A stretch of DNA of 64,000 nucleotides from Paraspadella gotoi (Eukaryota; Animalia; Chaetognatha): positions 5,645,559 through 5,709,558 of the forward strand of contig CM119268.1 of the NCBI GenBank assembly GCA_051294375.1, read 5' to 3'. Below, in pieces: positions 24,678-40,590 of this stretch. The notes under the pieces were generated by a model, which did no database searches, was not told the origin of the DNA, and saw only the letters and a program-made list of their open reading frames with translations. A program made the position numbers and the translations under genes. Each line of letters opens with the position of its first letter. Position 1 is the stretch's first letter.

Positions 24678-27600
24678 AGGAGAGAGAGAGAGAAAGAGAG
24701 AAAGAACATATAAAGAACACAGAGAGAAGACACACAGAGAGAGGAGAGAGAGAGAGAGAGAGAGAGACACCAGAGAGAGCAAGGAAGAGAGAGAGAGGAG
24801 TTAGAGAGAGAGAGAGAGAGATGAATAAATTGATTAACAAACAATGTATTAGGAATACAAATACTAAGACAAATAGACAAAGACAAAACTCAATGAAAAC
24901 CCATGCATATATAAAACAGTCGGAGTTTTTGTTATAAACTGAAAACGATAAAACACACAACAGGGAATCTCTTGAGAAAAACCAAGGAAATAATATCGAA
25001 AGAAAACCAAAAAAAAAAAAAATCCAAATTCCCAAAATCCGCTTCTTTTTTCTGCTTTGGGTGTTGACAAAATTTTTTTTCCATTTTTGATCTTTTTCTT
25101 CAATTTCCTTTTTTGCTTTAATTTCGGCTCTAAATTTGTCTGCCTCTCATCGTCATCGTCGTTGTCGTCGTCGTCATAACGTCGTTGTCGTTTATTGTCG
25201 CACATTTTCATAGAAACAAATTTGTCTGATTCGTTCGGTTGCGTAATCTCGTCCGTCGTCGTCTTCGTCATCGTCTATCTTAGGGATTTGGGATTGTGGC
25301 GCGATTGACCTTTTTCCCGTCGTCGTCGGTTCCGTCCCAGTCGTCGTCGTCGTCGTCGTCGTCGTCGATCTCTTCTGGTCTTGAATTATCTTCATCGTCA
25401 AACAAAATTTTTTTTCGTCCCACAAAATATTTTTTCTTCTTATTCTGTCGTCGTCGTCACATCATCTACATCGTTCAGCATCATCACAATGCATCATCAT
25501 CATCATCAGTGTCATCCAGCGTCATCTCTTGTCATCACACGTCATACCATATCTTTATCCTCTCGTCAATGACGTTTTAATTTCTACAGAAAATTATCAT
25601 CAACAACATCATTGTTGTCATCATTATCTATTCGCTAAATGTTTTAGGTTCATTATCTATTACCAGTCATCAATTTCGGTCATTCAATTGATGTCATCCA
25701 TCGATCGTTGCAAGCGTCATCGGTCGTTATTATCATCATCGTCGTCTGTCATGCGTTTCTCCTCACTGTCATACTCTTCATCCATCGTCGTTTCGTCCAT
25801 TTTTTCTTTCCAAAATTCGACACACGCTCTTACTGGTTTATACGCTTCGTTTGGTGCGATCAAGAAAGAATGTGGAGCTCAAAAAGTTCATAGATTGAGG
25901 GCATAAAAGCAAGAGACGTTTGTGTCATTAACATTGTTCTAATTCCAATCCTATATCTTCAAAATTCCAGTTCACTACATTCATCGATTCTCATAATCTA
26001 CCCATCATGCATTTTTATCAAGTTATATCAATTAATCGTAATCATAATAATTAAAAATGCGCTCATTTTTTGTTGTAATTTAAATTTTTATCCTCTCTTC
26101 CCTCCTTTTCGTTGAATTATCGTGATCAGTGACGGAAAGAAAACCTACAAAACATCCCTTCGGATCAAATTAACTAATTTATTATTCTAAAATTATATAT
26201 GAAATTGGTACACAAACCAATATAAAAATTATCCATTCATTAATATAAGTCTATCCTTGTCCCTGATTTCGGACAGCTTTGGTGGTTTTCAGGCCTTCCA
26301 TCACACTACTTACAAGGATAATAAGCAAAGCAGGTTTCGCAAGCTTCTCAAATCAAAGACTCATCTCATTGACCCAGTCTTAATTATGATCACTCCCAGT
26401 GAACTTGCTGTCTCCATACTCCGCATGAAAGTGTAGTATATCACAACTCAGGATATTACAAAGAAGTATTTCTTTATTTATTGTAATTAACCACAATAAA
26501 ACAGCGAAACAATACGCGCGAGAAATTAACGCCGGACGGCATCTTGGAGGGGCTTTCCTTAACATTAACCTCATTGCGGTGCCGGAGCCGAGCTGGTCTT
26601 AATTACCACCGCAGCTAATTCACCAGCATTAGCGAGGTCAGCTAGGTAAGGAACTAAGGACAACATCGCAGAGACCAGGTTTCCGATTCTGGAAGGTTAA
26701 GTTTCTCTTTTTATCTAGAGAGCTTTCTGCCCCACCAAATTTGGTTTGACTTGGATCACCTTATCAAGCCTTTGGACTCCAATTAGTTTGGAACAATGAA
26801 AGGACCGTGTTTTTCGAAATGTTTGGCTTATTGTTAGTCAGTTCGCCGGCATTCCAAGTCGATCAGTTTTACATGTTTCAACGAGAGAATTTTTACTTTT
26901 AAAAACATTTAGGCGATTAGTTGGTATAAAACGAAGATGTAAATGAGATACGAGAAATAAATGGTAATTTGTAATTGTTTCATGTTTTACTTCTTTATTT
27001 TTTCTTAACATTTAGATTCGAGAACCTATAATTAAGGGGTGGCCTATCACAAGAATTTCAATTTAGCATTATTCAATAATAAGTAGAAATTACTGTACGT
27101 CCTAATTATTACGCCGACAATGAAATAATTATAATATAATATTAATATTTTTCTCTTTCACTTGCTTTTTCATCTCTTTATTCTCTTCTTTCTTCTACCT
27201 TTTTCCTTTAACTTTTTACTTCCTCTCACCTTCCTCGTAAAATCTTCTTGCTTCCTTCCCTCATCTCCTTCCCAACCTTTTCGCACAACCTTTTCTGAAT
27301 TCGTCGAAGTATTCGAATTTTTGGCGCCAACTCGAGAAAGTGCACCTAACGCCTTTCGCAGTTTCGGCATCTGGGCGGGGCACGCTCCTTACTTGCCGTT
27401 ACGCCCTGGTTGCACCTGAAAATCTCACTATCCTTTGTTTGTAATGATTCAGGACCTTTTAAATATTGCTTCCTTATTATTTTTATATTTTATTATTATT
27501 ATTATATGTTATATTATCTATTATTATTATTATTATTATTATATTATTATTATTATTATTATTATTGATTATTAATTATTAATTATTATTATATTATTAT

Positions 27601-28795
27601 CTAATTTAAAGCCTTGAGGTCATTTTTTCATCGATCGGTCCGACCGACTGACCGACAAACGTGTAGGTTGCGAAGAGAAGAAAATAGAAAAAGAAAACCA
27701 AAAGCCGCAACGAAGATCGATCGAACGACGAACGTAAAACGATACGAAACGTAACGACGCGACCGACCCGACGACGACCGAAACGAACGACGAACGAACG
27801 AAACGAACGACGAACGACGAACGACGAGAACGAATCAACGAAGAACGTAACCGATGCACATCTCGTCACACACCCATACATTTTCTCGTGGTTTCTGGTA
27901 TACTTTCAGCTTCACAAAAACAAAACATTTTTTTTTTCTTTCCGACAGTTTCACAGAGGCGGGACATAAGAAACCAATCGGTATAAAAAACAATATAAAA
28001 AAAAACACTTAATAACTAAAAACAATAAAATGAATAATCTGAAAAAGTATAAGCGAAGCATCTCGCATACTTAACAAAGTTTAGTTAGAAGAGAAAATAG
28101 TTTGCTTAAAAAAAGAAAACAGAACAAAGAATTAAAAAAACAAAAACAGAAAACTTTTTTTAAAATTTGCCGGAAATTTGAAAAAAGGTGAGTTGGTTTT
28201 TTTTCTTTAAAACGCGTTTATTTTTTTTTCTGTTTTTCTTTTTTTTCCGTTTTTTTCTATTTTTTATTATCGCGAGTATAAATAAACCTAAGGAAACACA
28301 TTTTTCATTTCTTTTAAACGATACGCGTGACGACGACGCAGAACGACGCCAACGAACGATAAAGAAAGATGATATGGTTATAGATGGTGATCATGATGAT
28401 GATGAAGGCAATGACGAATGATAGGCAAGATTGATGAACCTGCTTTATCATTATCGTGATTTGACGACAATGAAGATGATGATGATAAATACGATATGAT
28501 TCTTATGTATTATAACGATAATCCAAATGTGAAAAGAATGACGAGTAAGACTTCTTTTCTTTCTTCCGGATGTCAGAAGTCTGATATTTTCCTTACAGTC
28601 ACACGTCACTCATCAAAGAATTGTCCCAATTAAAAATTTCCAGCGCTGGGAATCGTAAATCGAAACTTATTCACGCGGAGTCAACCTATCGCTGAACTCT
28701 AATCGCTCACAGTAAGCGAATATAATTAATCCGCATAAAAAATTATCCCTTCCCACCTCTTTCTGTGTTCAGACTTTTTAAATACAGAGAGAGAG

Positions 28796-28837
<42 letters not shown>

Positions 28838-28860
28838 AGAAGAGGAGAGAGAGAGAGAGA

Positions 28861-28894
<34 letters not shown>
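23221..28894 (+). repeat. Arm A, copy 2 (from about A position 993)
   Basis: Direct match to 993-6552. The first ~250 bp are essentially identical (same translated peptide in the ORF track); noisy at 25.2-28.7 kb. Confidence 0.93.
23545..23640 (+). repeat. About 30-bp minisatellite, 3+ units (TCGAACTTCGTTAAATCGATGGCA...)
   Basis: Head-to-tail units. Also at 1340-1420 and inverted at 16580-16680, 19125-19205, 38970-39077 and 52645-52742. Confidence 0.85.
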
Positions 28895-29088
28895 ATTGGA
28901 GTGAGAGTGGGCGTGACATCACATTGAAAGTGGGCGTGGCCCCCGTGAAAGTAGGCGTGGTTCCGTCGTCGCGGAATCCTCGTGAAAACCACCTTTTACG
29001 ATTCTGTGAGAATTCTCTCGTTTCTTCTTTCTTTCTTGCTTTGCTTGCTGTTCTGCTTTTTTTCTGCTTGCTTTCTTTCTTTCTTTCT

Positions 29089-29164
<76 letters not shown>

Positions 29165-29251
29165 TTTTTTTTCTTTCTATCTTTCTTTCCTTTCTTCTTT
29201 TTTTTTTTCTTTCTATTCCTTTCCATTCTCTTTTCTTCTTTCTTTCTTTCT

Positions 29252-29283
<32 letters not shown>

Positions 29284-31792
29284 TTCTTTCTTCTTTCTTT
29301 CTTTCTCTCTGGATTACACCAACTCAAATTCACAAGAGAACTGCAGCTGAAGCGAAACAAAAAAAAATATCTTCTTTCTATTTCGTGAGAAAATTTGATC
29401 TCACAACTCACAGATTTACGTATTCACTAAATTTGACCAAACTATTTATTTTACAAAGTTCTTAATTCATTTACAACGGAACTAAGTAAGAAATCAGTAG
29501 CAGAGGTGGTCGAGATAAAAAAAATTGGAAAGAAATAAGATAAATCAACTTATTTAGAGAATATTAAAAAAATTGTTTAATTTGTAAACATACTAAATGG
29601 AATTTCACATTAAGGTAAAGTTTGAACAAATAAAATAAATTAATTTTTTTTTCGAGCATCGTAAGATGTTAAGAAATTCGATGAGCTGATTTTTATTTTC
29701 TTCTAACTTCATGAGACTCAAGATTTCACTCGGTTATTCGTAGCTGTGTCTCTCGTTTTATTACATTCGACGCTATTTCGTTCGTTATATTTACAAAAGT
29801 TTTTGCTAATTTTATTGTCGCCGCGGTTGTCCTCTCGCTGTTGTCGTTGTTGTCGTTGTTATCGTCCTCGTCGTAACTCCCGCTGGTGATGCCCGGTTCT
29901 TCTCGATGTCAATGTTGTTTGTTGTCGTTGTTGTTGTTGTTGTTGTGGATATCGTCGCGTCGGTCCGTCGTCTGTGTTGTTCCCATGTTTTTTTTTTTCG
30001 TCTCCACCTTATTCGGTGGGAGTTCCCTCGAGATGAGCAGAAGAATAGCGCGAGGGGAGGAAGGAAAGAGAAAGAGAAAGTAGGAAAGAAAAAGAGAGGA
30101 AAGGAAAGAGAAAGAGGAGGAAAGGAAAGTGAAAGGAAATAGAAAGAGAAAAGAAAGATAAAATGGAGAAGAGGAAAAATAAAATCAGAAGGAAAGAGAT
30201 GAGGAAAAGTGAGAGGCCAACGGAAAGACAGAGAGAAGAGGGAGGAGAATTAGAAAGGTAAGATATTAAGATGAACCAAAAGAAAAGAAAAGAAGGAAGA
30301 CATAAAAAAAAAAGAAAAAATTAGAGATGGAAGATATGAAGATGAACCAAAGGAAGAATAGAAGGAAAGAGAGAAAAAGAGTAAAAAAGAGAGAAAATAG
30401 AAAAAAAAGAGCGAGAAAATATAGGATACTGGAAGAAAGTTAGAATATGAAAATAAATTAGAGATAAGAAAACGTGAGAAGGAAAAAAGAAAAAAGAAGT
30501 AAAAAGTCAAACGAGAATCGTTGTTGTTGTTGTCCTCGTTCTGCCGTCGCCAGAGATACCGAGGTCTCACTGAAAACCCGTAAGTTTCGCATATGTCGTC
30601 GTCTTGTCGAAGAAAAGAAGGTCATAACTTGTCCAGTAGAGTGAAGCACTGGGGAACATACTTTGTCAGTGTCTAAACTTCAAATTGAGGACTGAGGAGG
30701 AAAGAGCTCTTTTAGAATTGTAGGTGGTGAAAGAAGTGATAAAGTAAGTGTGAGATTGGAAGTGAATGCGGGAGAGATTTCCGAAGATGTGTTCGTAGAA
30801 AAGTGTGAAAGTGCGAAAAAGAAGGAGACGAATTGCAATGAGACACTGACGACGACGACGATGACTACGACGACGACGGCTCCAATGAAGACATTGAGGA
30901 CGACGTGTACAACGACGACAATGAGGATGACATTAAAACGACGACGACAATGAGGACGACGACTACGAAGACGCAATCGAAATAAATTGGAATCTCATAA
31001 ACTTTTGAATCGTGAAAAAAAAGGAACAAGTTACATCGACAGCTCGCCGCCCACTTCTCTTCTGGCCCCGTGTCATAAAACTACTATCATGTTACCAAGA
31101 TAAGGATCTATAAAATTACAATATCTGTGATTTAGATCAGGAAAGTATATTCTGTTCGTTGAAATGTATATTTCTTGTTGACATTAGAATTAATTTCCTC
31201 ATGAGGTTATTTCGAAAAGTTTCTCAGCAGTAGCAAAGTGAAAAATAAACACGAGTTTGAGAGAGATAAAGTAAATTTGAGAGAAACACAGAGATTAAAA
31301 AGCGGAAGAGGTTCAAAATAATAATAATAAAAATAAATATTGGATAAAAATAAGATCTCTCAGTCTCGTTTTATTCACTCCAGAGTACCTGGCTTCCTAT
31401 CAATGAGTGGTATAATATTTCAAAGAATGTTTCAATTGTAGAAAAGACACTCCGATATTGTTCTCCAATCATTGAATCAATATAACCAAATTGAATTTTT
31501 TTCCAGACCAATTCCATCCTTTATCCAACCACCGATCTCAAAAAGACCCATTGCAAAATAAAATCCTGACCACCATCTGCAACGATCAACGCTGATTCAA
31601 AGTCGATAGAACCGGCGAAATCTCGAGAGATGGAATCGAAAATTCTGAAGGAAAGGAAAAACGAGAAAGAGATCATTTGTAGATTAAAGGAAAACGATCA
31701 CGGTTCTTGACGAGACGACGACGATGACGAAGACGACGACGACCGATGCGATTAAGAAGAAGATAATGACAAAGACGACTATCATGATGAAA

Positions 31793-31825
<33 letters not shown>

Positions 31826-31943
31826 GTTGTGATTATGAAGAAGATAATGACGAAAGAAGACTATGATGATGAGATGACACGATGACGAGACGACGACGAC
31901 GACGAAAGTTGTGATTATGAAGAACATAATGTCAGAGAAGACT

Positions 31944-31977
<34 letters not shown>

Positions 31978-32207
31978 CGACGACGAAGACGATGAGAATG
32001 ATGCTAGCGAAGAATATGATCACGACAAAGACTACGACGACGACGACGATGACGAAGACAAAGAAAGGCGACGCCATGATGAAAAACGACGACGACGATG
32101 CAGCAATATCAAACATGAGCAAACTCACAAATTGGTGTCACAAAATTTCTATGATAAAACCTCATAAATTTCATGAAAAATTTTCTGAATCTGGCCTCTC
32201 TGCTCTG

Positions 32208-32280
<73 letters not shown>

Positions 32281-33841
32281 TTTCCTGCTCAAGAGGGCGA
32301 TTAAAATTCGGGCGGCAGTCTCCGACGCTGTCGACTTAGAGAAGAAGAGAGGAAGAGAAGAAAAGAAAAGAAAAGAGAGAGGAGAAAAGAAGAAGAGAAA
32401 GAGAAAAAAGAAAAAAATAAGAAAAAGGCAAAAGAAAAAAGATAACAGAGAAGAAGAGAAGAGAAAAAAGTAAGAAAAAGGCAAAAGAAAAGAAGAAGAG
32501 AAGAAGAAAAAAGAATAAAAAAAAAAGGCAAAAAGAAAAAGAATAAAAAAAGAAATAAGCAAAAAGAAAAGAAAAAAGAAAAAAAGAAAGAAGAAGAGAA
32601 TTAGAAAAAAAAGAAAGGGCAAAATGAAAAGAAGAAAAAAAATAAGCAAAAAGAAAAAAAAAAAATGAAAAAAAAAAAAAAAAGAGGAAAAAGAAAAATG
32701 GAAAAAAAAAGGAGAAGAAAAAAAAAAAAAAAAGAAAAAAAGAAAAAAAAGAGAAAAGAAGAAAGATGGAAGAATGAAAAGATAAAAAGAAAAAAGGAAA
32801 GACTAAAGTATAAAAAAATAAGAATGACTAAAAAAAACTAAGGTGACCATTTTAGCTCATAGCAAATCAAATAATATTAACAATTGACAAAGCGTTCAAC
32901 CTACTTATGTCCACAATTCAAATAATTACATAATTTGGAGAATAACAAAATCATTCAATCAAGACGAAGAAAATCCTAACTCCCCCTGCACCCCCTTCCC
33001 TCAAAAATATCTTCCTACTCCCTCTTTCTTTTTTTTTTCTTCCTCCGATTTCATCGCCTACATTTTCTGGGTCACTGGGTCCAACAGGATCATAAAATCT
33101 GCAATTGCAATCCGGTCGCGGACTTCTCTAGTCACGTGACAACCAAGTTGGCCTTTCGGGATTTCTGGCGTCGCGAAGCCACTGATGCGTTTGATTTCGT
33201 CCATGAGCGGATTGCGTTGATCTCCGGGGAAAATTGTCGCCGTCGAAGGAGGCAAAAGTCATTGGCCACATGGAATAAGTAGCCGTTTCAACTGATTTAC
33301 TTGCAGTCAAAATAATTCTAAGTAACTCGAGAGTTTTATCCAAAAAGATTTCAAGTTTGCCAAAGTCGCGTAAAAAAAAAAGAGGCAATGGCATCAATCA
33401 TTTCATAGATTTCAGGCTTCATTGCTTCCCGTCAATGACTAAATAAAAGAAAAAAAGTGGCAACGAGGACGGCCTCCGTCTTTCGGGGATTTCTGGCGAC
33501 GCCTAGGCCATTGATGGCTTTTCTGGCGTCGATGAAGGGACGGAAACGACAAGAGAAAAAAGCGTCGAGGCCGTAAAACCGAAGCGAAAGAGACGCAAGG
33601 GACTTGGGTTTTTTTTGTTGTGGATGTGGAGGAAAGTCGGCCTTGTCTTTGCCATTTTATTCTTACGTCGTCGTCGTCGTTTCATGGTCGTTGTTGTTGT
33701 CGTATCGTTGTTGTTCATCGTTGTCGTCCTTGGTCGTCATTGTAATTAGCGTCCAACTAAATCGATCATATTGTATCAATGTCGTTTTCGAATTTTTGAT
33801 TTTCCGATGTTTTTTCCGCACGAAATCTTTGTTTTTTAATA
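28895..33841 (+). repeat. Spacer S, copy 2
   Basis: Collinear direct match to 6553-11544 with scattered 1-nt indels. Confidence 0.92.
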
Positions 33842-33892
33842 TCTCTCTCTCTCTCTCCTAATCTCTCTCTCTCTCTCTCCTCTCCCTCTCTT

Positions 33893-33934
<42 letters not shown>

Positions 33935-33954
33935 TCTTCTCTCTCTCTCTCTCC

Positions 33955-33985
<31 letters not shown>

Positions 33986-33998
33986 CCCCCTCTTCTCT

Positions 33999-34032
<34 letters not shown>

Positions 34033-35132
34033 ATTTAAAAGTCTGAACAGAAAGAGGTGGAGGGGATAATTTTTTATGGGATAATTTATGATTCGTACTA
34101 GTTGAGCGATAAGTTCAGCGATAGGTTGAAGTGAATAGTTTCGATTTTCGATTCGCGAAATTTTTGAATTGGAAATCCTTTGATGAGTTCGACGGAAGAA
34201 AATATCATGACTTCGACTCCGGAGAAAGAAAGAATCTTACTCGTCATTTCTTTTCAACATTGGATTATCGTTATATCATAAGAATCATCATCGTATTTAT
34301 CATCATCATCATCATTGTCGTCATAATCACCATAAACGTCATCATCTTTCATCATCGTCATTGCCTCATCATCATCATCATCACCATCATAACCATCATC
34401 ATCTTCTTTATCGTCGTCGTCGTCGTCGTCTCACCGTATCGTTAAAAAAAAGGAAATGTGTTTCTGAGGTTTATTGTATACTCGCGAAGAAAAAATAGAA
34501 AAAAAACGGGAAAAAAAAGAAAAAACAGAAAAAAAAACGTTTTAAAAGAAAAAAAAACCAACTCACCTTTTTTCAAATTTCCGGCAAACTTTTAAAAATT
34601 TTTTTTTCTGTTTTTGTTTTTTTTAATTTTTGTTCGTTTCTTTTTTAAGCCAAACTTTTTCTTCTTCTAACGTAACTTTTGTTAAGATGAAGATCTTCGC
34701 TTTATATTTCATGATTATTCATTTATTGTTTTTTTAGTTATTAAGTTGTTTTTTTTTATATTTTTGTTTTCTTATCCATTCGGTTTTTTCTTATGTCTAG
34801 CCTCCGTGGACTGTCGGAAGAAAAAAAAAATGTTTTTGTTTGTGAACGAAATATACAGAAATCACGAGAAATGTATTGGGGTGTGTGACGAGATTTCGTT
34901 CGTTCGTTCGTTCGTTCGTTCGTTCGTTCGTTCGTTCGTTCGTTTCGTTCGTCGTTCGTTCGTTCGTTCGTTCGGTCGTTCGTCGGTCGGTCGTCGTTCG
35001 TTCGTTCGTTCGTTCGTTCGTTCGATCGATCTATCGTTCGCTTGTTGGTTTTCTTTTTCTGTTTCTTCCTTCCAACCTACGTTTGGTCGGTCAGTCGTCG
35101 GCCGATCGATGGAAAAATGACCTCAGGCTTTA

Positions 35133-35163
<31 letters not shown>

Positions 35164-35166
35164 TAT

Positions 35167-35216
<50 letters not shown>

Positions 35217-37835
35217 TAATAATAACATTAATAATAATAATAATAATAATAAAATAATAATGAAGCAATAATAAAAGTCTGAATCATTACAACAAAGGAT
35301 ATTTGAGATTTTCAGGTTGCAACCAGGCGTACGGCAGTGGAGGTGCCACGCAGATGCCGAAACTCGCGAGGCGTTAGGTGCACTTTCGAGTTGGCGCCAA
35401 AATTCGAAACTCGGACGTCAGAAAAAGGTGGCGAAAATAGGGGGAGGAGATGAGGGAAGAAGAAGAAGATACGAGGACGGAGAGGAAGAAAGTAAAGGAA
35501 AAAAGGTAGAAGAAAAGAGAAAAAGGAGAAAAAAGCAAGTGAAAGAGAAAAATATAATTATATATTATAATTAGTTTCATTGTTCGCGTAAAATTAGGCG
35601 TAAGTAATTCTATTATTATTGATAATGCTAAATTGAAATTCTGCTGATAGGCCACCCTAATTATAGAGTGAATCTAAATTAAGAAAAATAAAAAGTAAAA
35701 CATGAACAATTACAAAATAACCATTTAATTCTCTATTCTCATTTACATCTTGTCGTATACCAACTAATCCTAAATTTTTTATAAAAGTTAAAAATCTCTC
35801 GTTGAAACATGTAAACTGATCGATTGAATGCCGGCGAACTGACTTAACATAAGCAAACATTTCTCGAAACACGGCTCTTTATGTCCAAACTAATTGGACC
35901 AAAGGCTGATAAGTATCCAAGTCAACCAAAATTTTGGTGGGGCAGAAAGCTCTCTAGATAAAAAAGAAACTGTAACCTTCCAGAATCGGAAACCTGTGTC
36001 TCTGCGATGTTGCTCCTTAGTTCCTTACCTAGCTGACCTCCTGCTGGGTTGAATAGCTGGGTAATAAGACCAGCTCGCTCTCGCCCGAATAGGTCAATGT
36101 AAGGAAAGCCCCCTCAGAGATGCCGCGTTAATCTCTGCGCGATTGTTTTCCCTTTTTATTGTTAATTACAATAAATAAAATAATATTCTTTGAAATATTA
36201 TACCACTCATTGATAGGGAAGCAGGTTCACTGGGAGTGAATAATAAGACTGTGAGAGAGTCTTGATTGAAAGCTTGCAGAAACCTGCTTTGTTATTATCT
36301 TGTAAGTGTGATGGAGGCCTAAAACCACCAAAGCCTGTCCAAAGTCAGGGACAAGATAGCTATTTATTAATGATGGATAATTTTTATATTGGTTGTACCA
36401 ATTTCATAATAATTTAATTATAAATTAGTTAATTTGATCCGAAATGTTTGTTTTTAGGTCTTTTCGTCACTGGATCACGAGCTTAATTCAACGAAAAAGG
36501 AGGAAGAAGAGGATAAAATTTAAATTACAACAAAAAATTGAGGCATTTTAATTATTATGATTACAGAATAACTGATATAATGATAAAGATGATGGATGTA
36601 GATTATGATATCGATGATGATTGATGATGTATGATGTTTAATGACACAAATCGTCTCTGTTTTATGCCCTCATCTATGAACTTTTGAGCCTCCACATTCT
36701 TCTTGATCAAACGAAAGCGATAATACCAGGAAACCAGTGTCCGATTTTTTGTAAAAGAAAAATGACGACGACGATGATGAGGCATGACAGGTGCAGGAGA
36801 AAGATGACAGCCGACGATGATGTAATAACGACGATTGACGGCTGACGACGAGGATGACATCAATTATGACACGAATGCAATTGAACAGTGGTATAGATTG
36901 AACCTTAAAACATTAGGAAAGATAATGATGACAACAATGATGTTGTTGATGATAATTTTTGTTAGAAATAAAACGTCATTGACGAGATTAAGATATGGAT
37001 GATGACAAAGATGATGACGCTGATGACACTGATGATGATGATAGATGATGATGATGGATGCTGACGATTGATGTGATGATGATGACTGACGACGACAGAA
37101 ATAAAGAAGAAAAAAATATTTTGTGGCGAAAAAAATATCGTTGTTTTGGCGATGAAGATAATTTCACAGAACAGGAGACGTAGACGACGACGACACGACG
37201 ACGACGACGACGACGACGCACGACGACGGAGGAAAAAGTCAATGCCGCCATCATGCCCAAAAACCCTTAGTAGACGATGACGAAGACGACGACGACGGAA
37301 GATGACGGACGAACGAATCAACAAATATGTTTCTATTGAAAAATGCTGCGACAATAACCCGCAACGGACGGTTATGACGCACGCAACGACGATACGATGG
37401 AGGCAGACCAAATTTTAGAGCCGAAATTAAAGCAAAAAAGAAATTGAAGAAAAGATCAAAAAATGGAAAAAAAATTTTGTCAACACCAAAGGCAGAAAAG
37501 AAGCGGATTTTGGAATTTCGATTTTTTTTTTTTTTTGGTTTTGTCTTTTACGATATTATTTCCTTGGTGTTTTTCTCAAGAGATTCGCCCTTGATTTGTC
37601 TGTTTATCCGTTTTCAGGTTTATAAAACAATAAACTCCGACATGTTATATATGCATGGGTTTCATTTTGAGTTTGTCTTTGTCATATTTGTCTTTAGTAT
37701 TTGTATCCTAATACATTGTTTTTATAATCAATTTATTCTCTCTCTCTCTCCTCTCTCTTCTCATCTCTCTCTCTCTCTCCTCTCTCTGTGTCTCTCTTCT
37801 CTCTCTCTCTCCTCTCTCTCTGTGTAAGTCTTTCT

Positions 37836-37873
<38 letters not shown>

Positions 37874-37933
37874 CTCCTACTCTTCTCTCTCTCTCTCTCT
37901 CTGTGTCTCTCTCTCTCTCTCTCTCTTCCCTCT

Positions 37934-37973
<40 letters not shown>

Positions 37974-38267
37974 TCCCCAAAGAAAAAGTCATGAGGCCGA
38001 TTAAGGCGATTCAAACCAAAACAAAGCGAAAACGAAGGGAAAATTCGAAGCCGATTCCGGGCACCAGATAGAGAAAGAGGGAGAGGGGAGGAGAGAGAGA
38101 GAGAGAAGAGAGAGAGGAGAGACAGAGAGAGTGGAGAGAGAGAGAGAGAGAGGAGTTGGGAGAAAAAAAGGAAAGGGGAGAGGGCGACGAAGGAGTTAAA
38201 TCAATGTCACCCACGCTGACCGTTTGTGCAGAAGAGCGCGGGGAGTAAAGTAGTTCATCTGAGTGAG

Positions 38268-38317
<50 letters not shown>

Positions 38318-40404
38318 AGCAGAGAGAGAGAAAGAGAGAGAGAGAGAGTTTGGTCGCGACTTCATGCCTCTAATGGAGACAGAAGCGTTAGACTAACTTT
38401 TGTGGACCGAGAAGGAGAAAATAGAAAAAAAGACCGCGAAAAGGGTAGTTCATTTACGGTATTTTTATGACATATTGGTAGATAAACACCTAGTAAAAAC
38501 TATTGAATTCCTATTTCTTAAGTTTTGAGTTTTTTTCTTAAAATCAATGCTTAAGAGAGTGTTTACAAACTTTGTTTCGTGTTACAAGAGCTCTAAAAAA
38601 ATAAAATTGTTTGAAATTTTTATTTTTTAAATCTCAAATTTGTTTAATGAACAAATGAAAAGAAAATTAAAAAAAACAAAATGACACTTGGTCATGACAA
38701 CACTAATCGTATAAACGATTTGATAGAAATTTGCATCTGATTCTTATTACTATTTTTTTTTTTAAATTTGACGGACTTGGTTTAAATAACGAAGCTAGTA
38801 TCCTGGCTTTTAACATTTTTAATTCGGATTTCATTGGGCGATGCATTTAACGAAGGGAAAGATTGATTGTAGCGAAGGAATAAATAGAAATTGGAATTTA
38901 TCTCTTGGGAATTGATTCAGTCGCGATTGGTTGAGGTTGATGGATTAGAAAAAGCCCGGTTTCGTGCGGACTTCGATTAGAGATTGACCATAGATTTAAC
39001 GAAGTTCCGATTTTTAGACTGCCCATCGAATTTAACCGAAGTATATTTAGTGCCACTCATTTAAGCGAAGTTCGATCAAAGGGTAGGGACGGAAGGAAGA
39101 GAGATAGAAGAGAGAGAAGAGAGACGAGCAGCATCTGAGAGAGAGAGGATGAAGAGAGAGAGAGAGGAGAGAGAGAAGAGGAGAGAGAGAGAGAGATCAA
39201 TTCTCATTCGGCGATCTATTTTACGTAACACATATAATAAAAATATTCTGTCTCCGACAAACAATCTATTCGAAGCCGCAGAATCGCGATTAACCCAGGA
39301 AGTTCGAGAATCTTCGCGCGAAGCAGGAAAAGAGCGCGGGCAAGTAGGCAGTTTTTCCTCCGTTTTCGCGTACTCTCTTCTCTCTCGTCAGTGCTGCTTC
39401 TCTCTCTTCTCTCTCTCTCTCTCTCTCTCTTCTCATCTCTCCTCTCTCTCGGTCTCTCTCTCTTGCCGGTTCTCGCGCGCCGACCGAAGGCGCGCGCGGC
39501 TAGGCAAAAGAAATAGAACGACGTAACTATATCGGTTCCAAAGGCAGGGAAAGAAATCGATGAGAAGTAGAGTGTAACATTGTCTGTCAATTTTTTACTC
39601 ACTTGATTGTTTTGGTATATAGACTATAAATGGACTATTAGTTATCTGGATAACCTCGAGCTTTTAAGAAATTTGAAGTCTCTGCACTCAGCCCTTGTTG
39701 TTTTAATTTGTTTGTTTCAACCTCTGTCCGTTCCTCCGCGTCCGTCGTTTTTCAGTCCGTTTGTCCGTCTGTTCGAATATTAACACGATTCTGCACTTGA
39801 ACTAAAATAAGATCTACTCTTAATGTAAATTGTTGTCGTCGTCGCGTCGTCGCCCGTGCGCCGTCGCCCTCTTCCACTCATTGGCCTCATCAGGTCATCG
39901 ACAGAGTCTCCTCTGGCCCAAAATTCTTTACTCCAAATTTCAACCCAGGACCTTTTTGTCCAACTTCTCCCTTGACCCGCCAGAACCCACGTTGCGCCGG
40001 GATGTCACTCCCCAAAGATCTCCCTTCGCACCGTCCAACTGGATTCTTTAAAATACTACATCGGAAAGGAGAGTACAAGCTGCCAACGAAAAAACTCTCT
40101 CCACTGTTAAAGATTTTGGTAAAGATTTTTTAAAGATTTTTTAGAGATTAAAGATTAAAGATAAAGATTAAAGATTAAAGATTAAAGATTTTTTAAGATT
40201 TAAAAGCTTTGTGTAACATCTATCCAATTTTGAAAGTTTCTATGTCTTTTGACTTTTTTCGGTCTCTCTTTCGCTTTTTATCGAGCCTTGACGGCGAAGC
40301 CGGGTCAGGCTCTATAATGTTTTAGGGTTGCTTCTTTGTCGTCGGTCGTCCGCTCGTCGTCGTCGTCTTTCGTCGTCGTCGCTGTCGTCGTCGTCGTTCG
40401 GTCA

Positions 40405-40435
<31 letters not shown>

Positions 40436-40534
40436 GTTCGTCGTCGTCGTCGTTTCGTCGTCAGTCGCGTCGTCATCGTCGTCGTCGTCGTTCGTCGTTC
40501 GTCGTTGCGTCGTTCGTCGCTCGTCGTTCGTCGT

Positions 40535-40590
<56 letters not shown>
